Positions 34,167-43,006 of a stretch of DNA of 64,000 nt are shown here, one piece after another. The notes under the pieces were generated by a model, which was given only the letters and a program-made list of their open reading frames with translations, did not search any database and had not been told where the DNA came from. The position numbers and the translations under genes are program-made. Source of the stretch: an uncultured Gemmatimonadales bacterium (GTDB lineage Bacteria; Gemmatimonadota; Gemmatimonadetes; Longimicrobiales; Longimicrobiaceae); contig OY970303.1 in NCBI GenBank assembly GCA_963716255.1, positions 1,536,001-1,600,000 on the forward strand. Direction: 5' to 3'. Every line of letters begins with the position of its first letter. Position 1 is the first letter of the stretch.

Positions 34167-34898
34167 ATGAGCGCATCCGCCACGCAGCCGCCGGTGCTGC
34201 GCACCTCCGCGGGGGAGTTCCCTCTGCACGAGTACCGCCTGGGGATGGCCGGGCGCGAGTGGAGCGTGCTGCACACCGCCGCGGTCCTGAGCTTCGCGGA
34301 CGAGCAGCACTTCCTGCGCGAGATGCGGGAGCACCTGCCTTACGGCGTGGTCCTGTGGCCGGCGGCCATCGCCCTGGCCCACGACGTGGCGTCGCGGGCG
34401 GAGGCGTTTCGCGGCCGGACGGTGCTGGAGCTGGGGGCGGGCACGGGGCTGCCGGGGATCGTCGCGGCGACGCTGGGCGCGCGGGTGGTGCAGACCGACC
34501 GGCAGGAGGTGGCGATGTCGGTCTGCCGGCGCAACGGCGAGCGCAACGGCGCCGCGGGGATCGAGCACCGCCTGGCGGACTGGACGGAGTGGGCCGACGA
34601 GGCGCGCTACGACTGGATCCTGGGCTCGGACATCCTGTACGGCGAGGTCATGCACCCGCACCTCCGCCGCATCTTCGAGCGCAACCTGGCGCCCGGCGGC
34701 CGGGTGCTGCTCGCGGACCCGTTCCGCGCGACGAGCCTGCGCCTGCTGGAGGCGCTGGAGGCGGACGGCTGGACGGTGGCCATCGCCAAGTGGAACGTGG
34801 GCGCGGAGGAGACGCCGCGCCCCGTGGGGGTCTTCGAGCTGGCGCCTCCGGCCTCTACGGCCGGCGGGGAGGCGGGGCCTGCCAGAGCACGTGGGTGA
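34167..34898 (+). CDS. Class I SAM methyltransferase, METTL21/Methyltransf_16-like
   Basis: PYGVVLWPAAIAL, VLELGAGTGLPG, QTD, DW, GSDILY. Confidence 0.85.
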   Translation: MSASATQPPVLRTSAGEFPLHEYRLGMAGREWSVLHTAAVLSFADEQHFLREMREHLPYGVVLWPAAIALAHDVASRAEAFRGRTVLELGAGTGLPGIVAATLGARVVQTDRQEVAMSVCRRNGERNGAAGIEHRLADWTEWADEARYDWILGSDILYGEVMHPHLRRIFERNLAPGGRVLLADPFRATSLRLLEALEADGWTVAIAKWNVGAEETPRPVGVFELAPPASTAGGEAGPARARG

Positions 34899-35304
34899 TC
34901 ATCCAGCGCCCGTCGATCTTCGCGAGCAGGAGGTAGTCGGACCCCCACCAGGCGGTCAGCCCGGCGCTTGCGGTCTGGTCCTGCACGTCGAAGAGCCGGA
35001 TCTCCCTGGGCGCCCCCGCGGGAGGGCGGTTGCGCCCGGCCTGCACCCCGCGGGCGAAGCTCATGAAGCCGGCGTACGGCATGGCCATGCCGCGGTAGCC
35101 GGCTCCCCCCTCCCCCCGCCCGAACCCGTACTTGCGCACCTCGGGCCAGACGCTGCGCTGGAGCTTGATGGTGTCGCCCTCGTAGAAGCCTTCCACGTAG
35201 TCCAGCACGGCCCGCTGCACGCCGGCGCGGTCGTCGGGCTGCTGCGCGCGCAGACATACGGGGGACAGGGCCAGCACCGCGACGATCAGGAGCAGACGAC
35301 GCAC
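34855..35304 (-). CDS. Secreted NTF2-like (lumazine-binding-2-like) protein
   Basis: GGAGG RBS and GTG; signal peptide; AVLDYVEGFYEGD...DYLLLAKIDGRWMI. Confidence 0.75.
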   Translation of the reverse strand: MRRLLLIVAVLALSPVCLRAQQPDDRAGVQRAVLDYVEGFYEGDTIKLQRSVWPEVRKYGFGRGEGGAGYRGMAMPYAGFMSFARGVQAGRNRPPAGAPREIRLFDVQDQTASAGLTAWWGSDYLLLAKIDGRWMITHVLWQAPPPRRP

Positions 35305-35655
35305 GTTCCACCTCCGGGAGGGAGCCGATTCAGCCAGGGAGCACGGGGACTGGACGGACGACAGGGAAGATGCGTGCTCGCCGCCCCGCCGGGCCCAAGT
35401 GCGGACGGGGCCGTCCCTTGCGCGGAAGCGGCCGCGCGCGGCGGCTTCGGCAATGCGCGGACGTGGGACGGAGCCGTTCCGATACCGGACAGGCCGCGGA
35501 CCGCCCCGGCGCCGCGCGGGGTCGCCCGGTCTCGCGCGGCGGCGGCGCACGCGCGTCCCCCGCGGGAGCATCCGTGCGCCGGGACCGCGCGCCGGCTATC
35601 TTCCTCCCCACGGGATGGATCCGGCGCGAAACCCCTGGCTCCCGGGAGCGTCCAC

Positions 35656-37140
35656 ATGCAGGATCCCACGGCCCTGACCGTCCCCCGGGCTCGCACCGCC
35701 TCGGCGCGCCTCCCCCTCCCCGCCCGCCGGCCGCTCGCGCCGGCCTTCGCCGCAGTGCTGCTGGCGCTCGCCGCCTGCGGGACGCGCGTGGACGTCCCCG
35801 CGCCGGACACGGCGGCCGCCACGCTCCCCTTTCCCGAACCGCCGCCCTCGGTGGTCACCCTCCCCATCTCGCTGGAGCTGGGCGCGGTGGTGCGCAAGGT
35901 GGAGGGGCTGGTGCCCCGCACCCAGAGCCGCGAGGACGAGTGGCACCCCATGGGCAAGGTGCCGGTGCTGGGGACGCTGTACGTGAAGGAGATGTGGGAG
36001 CGCGACCCGCTTGAGGTGGGGCTGGACGGGGACGGGGTGGAGGTGAGCGCGCAGGTCCGCTACCGCGCCCGCATCGCCGAGCAGACGTGCTTTCCCCGCC
36101 TGGGGTGCCGCTGGACGCAGCTGGCCTGGTGCGGCCACGAGGGGACCATGCCGTCGCTGCGCGTGGGGCTGCACACGCGGCTGCGCTGGCGGCGCGACTG
36201 GACGGTGGAGCCGGCCACCACGGCGGCCCCGGTGGAGGCGGGCGCGCCCTGCCGCCTCACGCGCGCCAACGTGGACGTGAGCGAGCGGGTGCGGAACGCG
36301 GTGCAGGGGCTGCTGGACGGCGCGGTGCCGCAGGTGGACGCGGAGATGCGCAAGGCGCTGGTGCTGCGGAGCCGGGTGGAGGAGGTGTGGGACCGGCTCC
36401 AGGAGCCGATCCCCGCCGGCAAGGGGGTGTTCCTGCTCTTCCGCCCGGAGGCGGTCGCGGTGGCGGAGCCCACGGCCCGGGGCACGCGGATGAGCACCAC
36501 GGTGGCGGTGACCACGCGGCCGCGGGTGGTGCTGGGGGATCGTCCGGTGACGCAGGCGCTGCCGCTCCCCGACTTCTCGCGCGAGGTGCCGAAGGCGGGC
36601 GAGTTCCGCATCAACCTGGTGGCGGAGCTGCCCTACGAGACGGCCAACCGGCTGCTGGCGGATGCGCTGGTGGGCAAGGTGGTGGAGCTGCGCGGGCACC
36701 GGGTGAAGGTGCGGGGGGTGCAGCTGTACCCGGGCGGGGGCGAGCGGCTGGCGCTGGCGGTGAAGGTGGGCGGGGACGCGCGGGGCACGCTGTACTTCGT
36801 GGGGACGCCCATCTACAACCCGGTGGCGCAGACGGTCGTCGTGCCGGACCTGGACTTCTCGGTGGAGAGCCGCAACGTGCTGGGGCGGAGCGCGGACTGG
36901 CTCCTGCACGACGAGATGCGCGACCGGATCCGGGCGGCGGCGCAATTTTCCGTGGGGGACCGGGTGGCGGACATCCGGGCCAAGGTGAACACGGCGATGA
37001 ACCGCAACCTGGGGAAGGCGGTGCGGCTGAGCGGGCACGTGGAGAGCCTGCGGCCGGTGGGGGTCGTGGTCACGCAGACGGCCATCGCCACGCTGGTGGA
37101 GGCGGACGGGCGGGCGCGGGTGGACATCACGATCCGGTAG
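35656..37140 (+). CDS. DUF4403-like lipoprotein
   Basis: Lipobox LAAC; PPSVVTLPI, VWDRLQEPI, GTLYFVGTP, PDLDFSVES. Confidence 0.7.
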   Translation: MQDPTALTVPRARTASARLPLPARRPLAPAFAAVLLALAACGTRVDVPAPDTAAATLPFPEPPPSVVTLPISLELGAVVRKVEGLVPRTQSREDEWHPMGKVPVLGTLYVKEMWERDPLEVGLDGDGVEVSAQVRYRARIAEQTCFPRLGCRWTQLAWCGHEGTMPSLRVGLHTRLRWRRDWTVEPATTAAPVEAGAPCRLTRANVDVSERVRNAVQGLLDGAVPQVDAEMRKALVLRSRVEEVWDRLQEPIPAGKGVFLLFRPEAVAVAEPTARGTRMSTTVAVTTRPRVVLGDRPVTQALPLPDFSREVPKAGEFRINLVAELPYETANRLLADALVGKVVELRGHRVKVRGVQLYPGGGERLALAVKVGGDARGTLYFVGTPIYNPVAQTVVVPDLDFSVESRNVLGRSADWLLHDEMRDRIRAAAQFSVGDRVADIRAKVNTAMNRNLGKAVRLSGHVESLRPVGVVVTQTAIATLVEADGRARVDITIR

Positions 37141-37265
37141 AGTGGATGTTGGCGGCTACGCAGACATTCGCGACCTCGATGTCTCTCGCAGCGTTGAACC
37201 AACGCTACCGGAGCGAGGTGACCCCACGTTCCCTCAACTGCTGACATGCCAATTTGCGCACTGTA

Positions 37266-38192
37266 TCAGACGATGGGGCTGCGAGGCGAAACGAAAGTAG
37301 AAATCCCGTGTGCTTCGCATCGACTTTCTACGTCCGAATGAATTGAATGAGCTACCAGTATGCAGCGCACCTCTTCTGGTCGCCTACCGAAGATATAACT
37401 GAGCATGGCGCGGTACTTCATACATTGGAGAGGTCCAACGATCTCGTCATTCTTGCAATCGACTTCTACTTCGACCACAACGAATCGATCGAAGGAGTCT
37501 TTCAGGATGACATCGATTCTGTCCCCCGTGGGAAGTGACCATTCGACCCGCCAAAGCTTCAATCCAGACTCACCGAGCATCAACTCGGGATCGGCCGCAA
37601 TTCGCTCCTTCAGCTCTCGGTGTTCGGGGCCTTCTCCGCCGGGCCCACCCCACGCTGGTTTCTGAGCTTCTAACTGACGAATTGCTTCACGTTCGGCCGC
37701 ATTTCGCGAAAACGCCGCCCACAAACTCTGGTACTCCGTTTCCGATAGGCGTCGGAGGCCTGAATGCTGCTCGCCCAGACCCCGAAACATGTAATTGTCC
37801 GCGTAGCCCAGAATGCGCGCTACATCTTTGGGGGGAATGAAACCGGCGGTACTTAGAGTTTCCGTGGGTGCACAGTACCGCCACCAGAGCTTCGTTCCAT
37901 CGGTATACTCTTGTGGACTGGAATTGTCCGGTTGGTAGGCCAGTTCGGTAACTCGACCCACCGAAACAATTCCCATGCGTCCTTCGCGGCACGGAACTCG
38001 ACGCTCACTCCCGTCCGCTCTCTGCTCGACGAGAGTACGCCCCCAGCGTGATTCATAGAAGAAGACGAGATCACCGGGCGCGACCCGCTCGATAACCTGA
38101 CGCTTCCCATCAACTACCCAGACACCGAACGGCGGGGTCTCAGCAGGCTCATTCACCCGCTGTGGCCAGTGTGTCGTCAACCAATAAACCAT
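37266..38192 (-). CDS. EVE/PUA-like domain fused to a NucS-like PD-(D/E)xK nuclease
   Basis: N-terminal YW...VAPGDLVFFYES...GIVSVGRVT...LSETEY; C-terminal GDRIDV...VVVEVE...QCMKY. An upstream start up to 38312 is possible. Confidence 0.65.
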   Translation of the reverse strand: MVYWLTTHWPQRVNEPAETPPFGVWVVDGKRQVIERVAPGDLVFFYESRWGRTLVEQRADGSERRVPCREGRMGIVSVGRVTELAYQPDNSSPQEYTDGTKLWWRYCAPTETLSTAGFIPPKDVARILGYADNYMFRGLGEQHSGLRRLSETEYQSLWAAFSRNAAEREAIRQLEAQKPAWGGPGGEGPEHRELKERIAADPELMLGESGLKLWRVEWSLPTGDRIDVILKDSFDRFVVVEVEVDCKNDEIVGPLQCMKYRAMLSYIFGRRPEEVRCILVAHSIHSDVESRCEAHGISTFVSPRSPIV

Positions 38193-38286
38193 GAAGCCTT
38201 TACGAGGAAGAATGGTCCCGTTCAGCGAGCCTGGGCGCTTCAACCGTTGCGAAGGATATACAACCCCTGTACCCTGCGGAGAAGGA

Positions 38287-39288
38287 TCAAGAAAGAATAC
38301 GAACGATCTCACTCAGGAGAACATCAAGCTCACGCGAGAAATTTACCTGAGTGGGTGTGGGTAACGACTCCCGGTTGCGAATCTGCAAATGTAGATGTGC
38401 ATCAGCGACCTTACGAGCCGAGTTGCTGAGGTGATTCATAGATTCTTTGAACGACTTCGCACCCGGGTAATTGCTGGCTACCTCAGCGAACGACTTCATC
38501 TCAAACAAAGGTGGGACGTGATCCATGACAGCGCGTGTGAGCATCGCCGTGGCGAAGATACAATGATTTTCTGCGCAAAGATTCAGTTCTTCACAAAGCG
38601 CGATGAGCCGGCGTAGATCGAACGAAGGGTGCGAAATTGCCCGTAGCTCCTCCAGCCGTGAATGATGGACGAACTCCGGCGAGCTTCCCAGCGCATCTGA
38701 TCCGTCATGAAGAGGGGCCACCTTCGGCGTCGCTTCATTCCACATCTGGAACTGATTTCGATTTGCAATCTGTTCGTCTTCCTCAGCGCGTTTCAAAGCA
38801 GAATAGAAGTCGCTGAGAGTCTGGACGTCATCCAGGTACCAAATATGATGACTTGGCGAGATGAAGACGTCGCCCGACTGGTGCCGGCCTATACTACGCC
38901 AGATTCCCGGAGCATTGTAGACTAGCTCGCCGAGCCGCCGCAGTTCCAGATCCGAAAGGCTCAGGCTTGCGACGACTTCCGACAGCTGCAAGTTATCATT
39001 GGCTTCCGACTCGAGGTATCGTGCAGCCAGAGCACGAACGGCCCTTAGGAAGTGCTGGATATCCAGATCTGAACCTTTGCAAGAAGCTACCCCTTGCAGA
39101 GTAAGCCTGCAGACTCCTCCCTGGCTTGACCGTTCACAGATGATCAGTTGTTGTCCGACTTCTGCTGCGATCTTCGCAATATTGCCCAAGTGGCGGAGCT
39201 TTATTTGAAGTCGGGTAGTTTGAGGCCACTCTCCCCGCTCTTGGAAGTGGGAAAAAACAGAGTGCAACAATTCCTCGTGTGCGTCCAT
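38287..39288 (-). CDS. Hypothetical protein with a C-terminal HEPN/Abi-like helical domain
   Basis: Low-GC ORF; C-terminal ELN...ATAMLTRAVMDHVPP...RKVADAH (R-x5-H). Confidence 0.55.
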   Translation of the reverse strand: MDAHEELLHSVFSHFQERGEWPQTTRLQIKLRHLGNIAKIAAEVGQQLIICERSSQGGVCRLTLQGVASCKGSDLDIQHFLRAVRALAARYLESEANDNLQLSEVVASLSLSDLELRRLGELVYNAPGIWRSIGRHQSGDVFISPSHHIWYLDDVQTLSDFYSALKRAEEDEQIANRNQFQMWNEATPKVAPLHDGSDALGSSPEFVHHSRLEELRAISHPSFDLRRLIALCEELNLCAENHCIFATAMLTRAVMDHVPPLFEMKSFAEVASNYPGAKSFKESMNHLSNSARKVADAHLHLQIRNRESLPTPTQVNFSRELDVLLSEIVRILS

Positions 39289-39573
39289 CGGCCGAGTACG
39301 TGTATGGATGAGAAATGTACAGACGGAAGAGGTTTTGTAATTGCACCGGGAGGGGGTCGCGCGCAAGTGCCAAGCATCGCCGGGCACGACATCAGCAATA
39401 AGCCAACCTCCGACCCGCCCGACGCGCGGGCTAAGGTGACGGCAAGAACCTTCGACCACGGACCGGCTCGCAGCGGCTTCCCCTCACCACCTTTCCAGCG
39501 ATACCCTCAGCTCCCGCCACCTGCCGAGCCGGGTGGACTCGTTGCACCACCGCGCAGCCCGGCACCCACGTCA

Positions 39574-39619
39574 ACGGGAGAAGGGCCCCGCCGACCGTCC
39601 GGCAGGGCCCTTCTCCCGT
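39574..39619 (-). terminator. Strong hairpin downstream of the YciI gene
   Basis: ACGGGAGAAGGGCCC...GGGCCCTTCTCCCGT 15-bp stem; weak U tract. Confidence 0.5.
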
Positions 39620-39665
39620 CCAGCCGCCGTTGCGGATGCCTACCCGCTGCGACCCCGCGCCGCGG

Positions 39666-40091
39666 CTACGTCCCGGCCTCCGCCCCCGCGTGATCCGCCG
39701 CGAAGCCGGGGATGTCCTCAGCGCCGAAGAGCGGGCGGATCTCCAGCTCGCCCTCGTACTCCGGGCCCATCACCTCCGCGTGCACCGCCATGAACTGCCT
39801 CCCCAGCTCCAGCGCGTCCTCCAGCGACCGCACCTCCATGATCGCATAGCCGCCCACCAGCTCCTTGGCCTCCGCGAACGGCCCGTCGACGGTCGACACC
39901 CGGCCGCCCGCCAGCCGCACGCGCGCGCCCCTGGCGCTGGGCAGCAGACCGCCGCTGTCGATCATCCCCACCAGCAGCCCCGACGCCATCTGCTCCTCGG
40001 TGAGCCTGCCGATCGCCGCCATCAGCTCCGGGTTCGGCGGGAGGCCGGCCTCCGACTCGGGGGTGGCCTTCACCAGCATCATGAATCGCAT
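39666..40091 (-). CDS. YciI/DGPF-family protein
   Basis: MRFMMLVKATPESEAG...DGPFAEAKELVGGY...EIRP. Confidence 0.9.
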   Translation of the reverse strand: MRFMMLVKATPESEAGLPPNPELMAAIGRLTEEQMASGLLVGMIDSGGLLPSARGARVRLAGGRVSTVDGPFAEAKELVGGYAIMEVRSLEDALELGRQFMAVHAEVMGPEYEGELEIRPLFGAEDIPGFAADHAGAEAGT

Positions 40092-40288
40092 GTCGTGTCT
40101 TCCTCGCGGTTGAGGTCGCGAGCCGCGCACGGCCGATCCCGGCCAGGCGTGAGCGGCGGCTCCACCGGTACGTCGATCGCGGGCCAGCGAATTCGACACG
40201 CCGGACGACACGGGTGGCCGCATCCACAGCGGCTGCATCGCGAAACCCGGGCTGGAGTTCGGCGAGCGTTCAGATCGCTGTCACCGCG

Positions 40289-40582
40289 TCACCCGGGAGA
40301 CAGCGGCCCGGCCGGCAGGGCGGCCACCGCCGCGGCCGCCTCCGCGGACGTGACCACGGGCACCACCTCGAAGTCGACGAGGTCGCGCCACTGCGCCATC
40401 CATGCCTCCAGGAGCGCCGCGTCGTCGCACTCCATCACCTGGAAGCAGCGGCGCAGGTCCTCCGTCACCCAGCTGGACACGTAGGCGAGCCCCGCGGGCG
40501 CCAGGCGGCCCCGCTCGGCGAAGCGGCGGTAGACCGGGCGCGGGTCGCCGTCCCGGAACGTCTCGATGACCAGGAAGAGCAT
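40289..40582 (-). CDS. DUF3303-like small protein
   Basis: MLFLVIETF...VYRRFAERGR...SSWV...CFQVME...WRDLVDFEVVPV. Confidence 0.8.
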   Translation of the reverse strand: MLFLVIETFRDGDPRPVYRRFAERGRLAPAGLAYVSSWVTEDLRRCFQVMECDDAALLEAWMAQWRDLVDFEVVPVVTSAEAAAAVAALPAGPLSPG

Positions 40583-40721
40583 GCGCGGAGGGGGGCGAGG
40601 GGCTCGCGAAGGGCCGGCAGCCGCAATCTCTGCCCCGCCCTCCCGGCCCGCAAGGAAGACGCGACGGGCGCCGTCCACCCCGCTACACCCCGCGAGAAAG
40701 TGGCGCCGTCGCGCTCACACC

Positions 40722-41285
40722 TCAGGGCACCGGATCGGAAGCCGAGCCGTGCGCGTCACCCGCCAGGCCCGCCGCGCCACCCGCCGACCGCACCGCCGGG
40801 CTCAGGAGCCAGTCGTGCTCCCACAGCCCCCCGTGCCCGTGCTGCCGCAGCACCGTCGCGACCTGCGCCCAGTGGCGGATCCCGTGGACCAGGGTGTGGA
40901 CCACCACCGTGTGCGCCCTCGCCTCGATCCGGCCGAGCTTGCGGGTGTCCGAGACCAGCACCCGGTCCAGCCCCTCCGGAGTGGCCTCGCGGAGGAAGCG
41001 GTCGCGCAGCGAGGCCGCGGTCCGGTGGATCTCCCACAGCTCCGCGGCGGTCCCGTCCGCCAGCTCCTCGTACCCGCTCACGGGCTCGCCCACGAGCCGC
41101 TGCGCGTAGCGGAGCTCCACCGCGAAGATGTGCTTGACCAGCGTCCGGACCGTGCCGTCGGCGCCCGGACCCAGCGGGAGGTCGAGCGCCCCGGCCGGCG
41201 CGCTCTCCAGCCACTCCCGCCACCGCTCCGTCTCGCCGTCCACGTACGCCGCGAGCACGCCGATCTCCACGCTCCGTTCAGCCAT
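40722..41285 (-). CDS. DinB-family metalloprotein
   Basis: GGAGG RBS; TVRTLVKHIFAVE and HGIRHWAQV His triad. Confidence 0.8.
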   Translation of the reverse strand: MAERSVEIGVLAAYVDGETERWREWLESAPAGALDLPLGPGADGTVRTLVKHIFAVELRYAQRLVGEPVSGYEELADGTAAELWEIHRTAASLRDRFLREATPEGLDRVLVSDTRKLGRIEARAHTVVVHTLVHGIRHWAQVATVLRQHGHGGLWEHDWLLSPAVRSAGGAAGLAGDAHGSASDPVP

Positions 41286-41359
41286 GCGCCGTCCTCCGGT
41301 GCCCAGGTGGTGTCCGCTCCCTCCACCGATCTTGCAGCGCCGGCGACATGTCGTCAATC

Positions 41360-41375
41360 TTGATCCACGAATCAA
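41360..41375. promoter_or_regulatory. Inverted repeat, candidate operator for the HTH-citrate-synthase gene
   Basis: TTGAT-N6-ATCAA directly upstream of the start. Confidence 0.35.
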
Positions 41376-41390
41376 CCTTTGGCAGGGGAG

Positions 41391-42602
41391 GTGCCCGTGG
41401 GGAGAAGGGTGTACCTGTCCGCGGAGGAGGCCCGGCGCGAGCTGGGCGTCGCCGCGCAGACGCTGTACGCGTACGTGAGCCGGGGGCTGATCCGCTCCGA
41501 GCCCAGCCCGGACGGCCGGCGGACGCGCCGCTACCACGCGGAGGACGTGCGCCGGCTCAAGGAGCGCGGCGCCGCGCGGCGCGACCCGGACGCGGCCGCC
41601 GGCGGGGCGCTCCACTGGGGGGCCCCGGTGCTCGATTCGGCGCTGACGCTGATCACGGACGGACACATCTACTACCGCGGCCAGGACGCGGTCGAGCTGT
41701 CGCGCGTCCGCACGGTGGAGGAGGTCGCCGCGCTGCTCTGGACGGGGGATGCGGACGCGCCGGGAGACGGGTTCGGCGAGGCGCTGCCGGATCTGGGGGT
41801 GGAGCGGGGGATGGACCCGCTTCGGGCCATGCAGGTGGAGCTCGCGCGGGCGGAAGCCGGCGACCCGTCGGCGTGGGACCTGCGGCCGGAGCGGGCCGCC
41901 CGCACCGGCGCGCGCGTGCTCCGGCGCCTGGTGGCCGTGGCGGCGGGGGGCATCGGCGGCGCGGACCTCCCCGCCGCCGCGCTCCGGGCCTCGTGGGCCC
42001 CGCAGCGGCCCGAGGCGGAGCCGCTGATCGCGGCCGCGCTGATCCTGCTGGCCGACCACGAGCTCAACGTGGCCTCGTTCACCGCCCGGTGCGTCGCCTC
42101 CGCCGGCTCGACCCTCCACGCGGCCGTTTCCGCCGGGATCGGGGCGATGCACGGCGTCTACCACGCCCGCCACGTCGAGCGCGTGGAAGCGCTCTTCGCC
42201 GAGGTGGGCGATCCGCGATCCGCGCGGGACGTGCTCCAGGCGCGGCTCCAGCGCGGCGAGCACGTCCCCGGGTTCGGGCACCGCCTCCACCCGTCGGGCG
42301 ACCCGCGCGCCGCCGAGCTGCTGCGGCGCGTCCGCGACCTCGATCCGCAGAGTCCCGCGCTGGCGCTCGCCGACGCGATCGCCGCGGCGGGGGAAGCCCT
42401 GCTCGGGGACCGGCCCACGGTGGAGGTGGGGCTCGTCGCCCTGGCGAGGTCGCTGGGCCTTCCCGCCGGCTCCCCGCTGCTGCTGTTCGTTCTCGGCCGC
42501 TCGCTGGGGCTCATCGCCCACGCCGTGGAGCAGTACGGCTCGCGGGACGTGCTCCGCCCCAGGGCCCGCTACACGGGACCGGCGCCCGCGGGCGGGGCTT
42601 GA
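41391..42602 (+). CDS. Citrate-synthase-family protein with N-terminal MerR-like HTH
   Basis: YLSAEEARRELGV..TLYAYVSRGLI; YYRGQD, LADHELN, GFGHRLH, DPRA, RPRARYTG. Confidence 0.85.
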   Translation: MPVGRRVYLSAEEARRELGVAAQTLYAYVSRGLIRSEPSPDGRRTRRYHAEDVRRLKERGAARRDPDAAAGGALHWGAPVLDSALTLITDGHIYYRGQDAVELSRVRTVEEVAALLWTGDADAPGDGFGEALPDLGVERGMDPLRAMQVELARAEAGDPSAWDLRPERAARTGARVLRRLVAVAAGGIGGADLPAAALRASWAPQRPEAEPLIAAALILLADHELNVASFTARCVASAGSTLHAAVSAGIGAMHGVYHARHVERVEALFAEVGDPRSARDVLQARLQRGEHVPGFGHRLHPSGDPRAAELLRRVRDLDPQSPALALADAIAAAGEALLGDRPTVEVGLVALARSLGLPAGSPLLLFVLGRSLGLIAHAVEQYGSRDVLRPRARYTGPAPAGGA

Positions 42603-42627
42603 CCGGTGAATTCCCCAATCACATACT
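42599..42627 (+). promoter_or_regulatory. Candidate promoter for the small peptide gene
   Basis: TTGACC-N17-CATACT. Confidence 0.5.
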
Positions 42628-42669
42628 TTTACCGTCACGAATTGTTTCACCCGTCATCGGGAGGAGCGT

Positions 42670-42822
42670 ATGAGCAGGTCCAAGCTGGTGCTTCGCCGGG
42701 AAACCCTCAGGGTCGAGTCGTACCCCACGACCCCCAATCCCGCCCTGGAGCACGACGCCTCGCGGTTGTGGTACACGAACACGCGGCCGGTGGAGCCGGG
42801 TCCGGGCGCGACCATCGCCTGA
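42670..42822 (+). CDS. 50-aa RiPP-precursor-like peptide MSRSKLVLRRETLRVESYPTTPNPALEHDASRLWYTNTRPVEPGPGATIA
   Basis: Strong RBS GGGAGGAG, own promoter and hairpin; leader-like motif KLxLxxExLxVES[FY]xT. Below the ORF-track size cutoff. Confidence 0.7.
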   Translation: MSRSKLVLRRETLRVESYPTTPNPALEHDASRLWYTNTRPVEPGPGATIA

Positions 42823-42833
42823 CGCGCACGAAA

Positions 42834-42870
42834 GCGATGCGCCGCTCCCGGTCCGGGAGCGGCGCATCGC
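42834..42870. terminator. Perfect 17-bp hairpin between convergent genes
   Basis: GCGATGCGCCGCTCCCG-GTC-CGGGAGCGGCGCATCGC. Confidence 0.65.
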
Positions 42871-43006
42871 GATTCACGGCGGGCCGGGGCGCCGCCGTGT
42901 CGCCGAATCGGCGGGCTCCCGCTACGACAAGCGCGGCTACAACTACCTGGCCGGAGTCCTGGTCGCCTCGATCGTGCTCTGGCTCTGATCTTTCGTCGGA
43001 CACACC

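Larger units (their letters stand above)
37141..39420. mobile_element. Low-GC, probably horizontally acquired two-gene island (no integrase or att sites seen)
   Basis: Abrupt compositional shift immediately after the stop at 37140, with many A/T-ending codons, returning to host-like GC near 39.4 kb. Confidence 0.55.
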
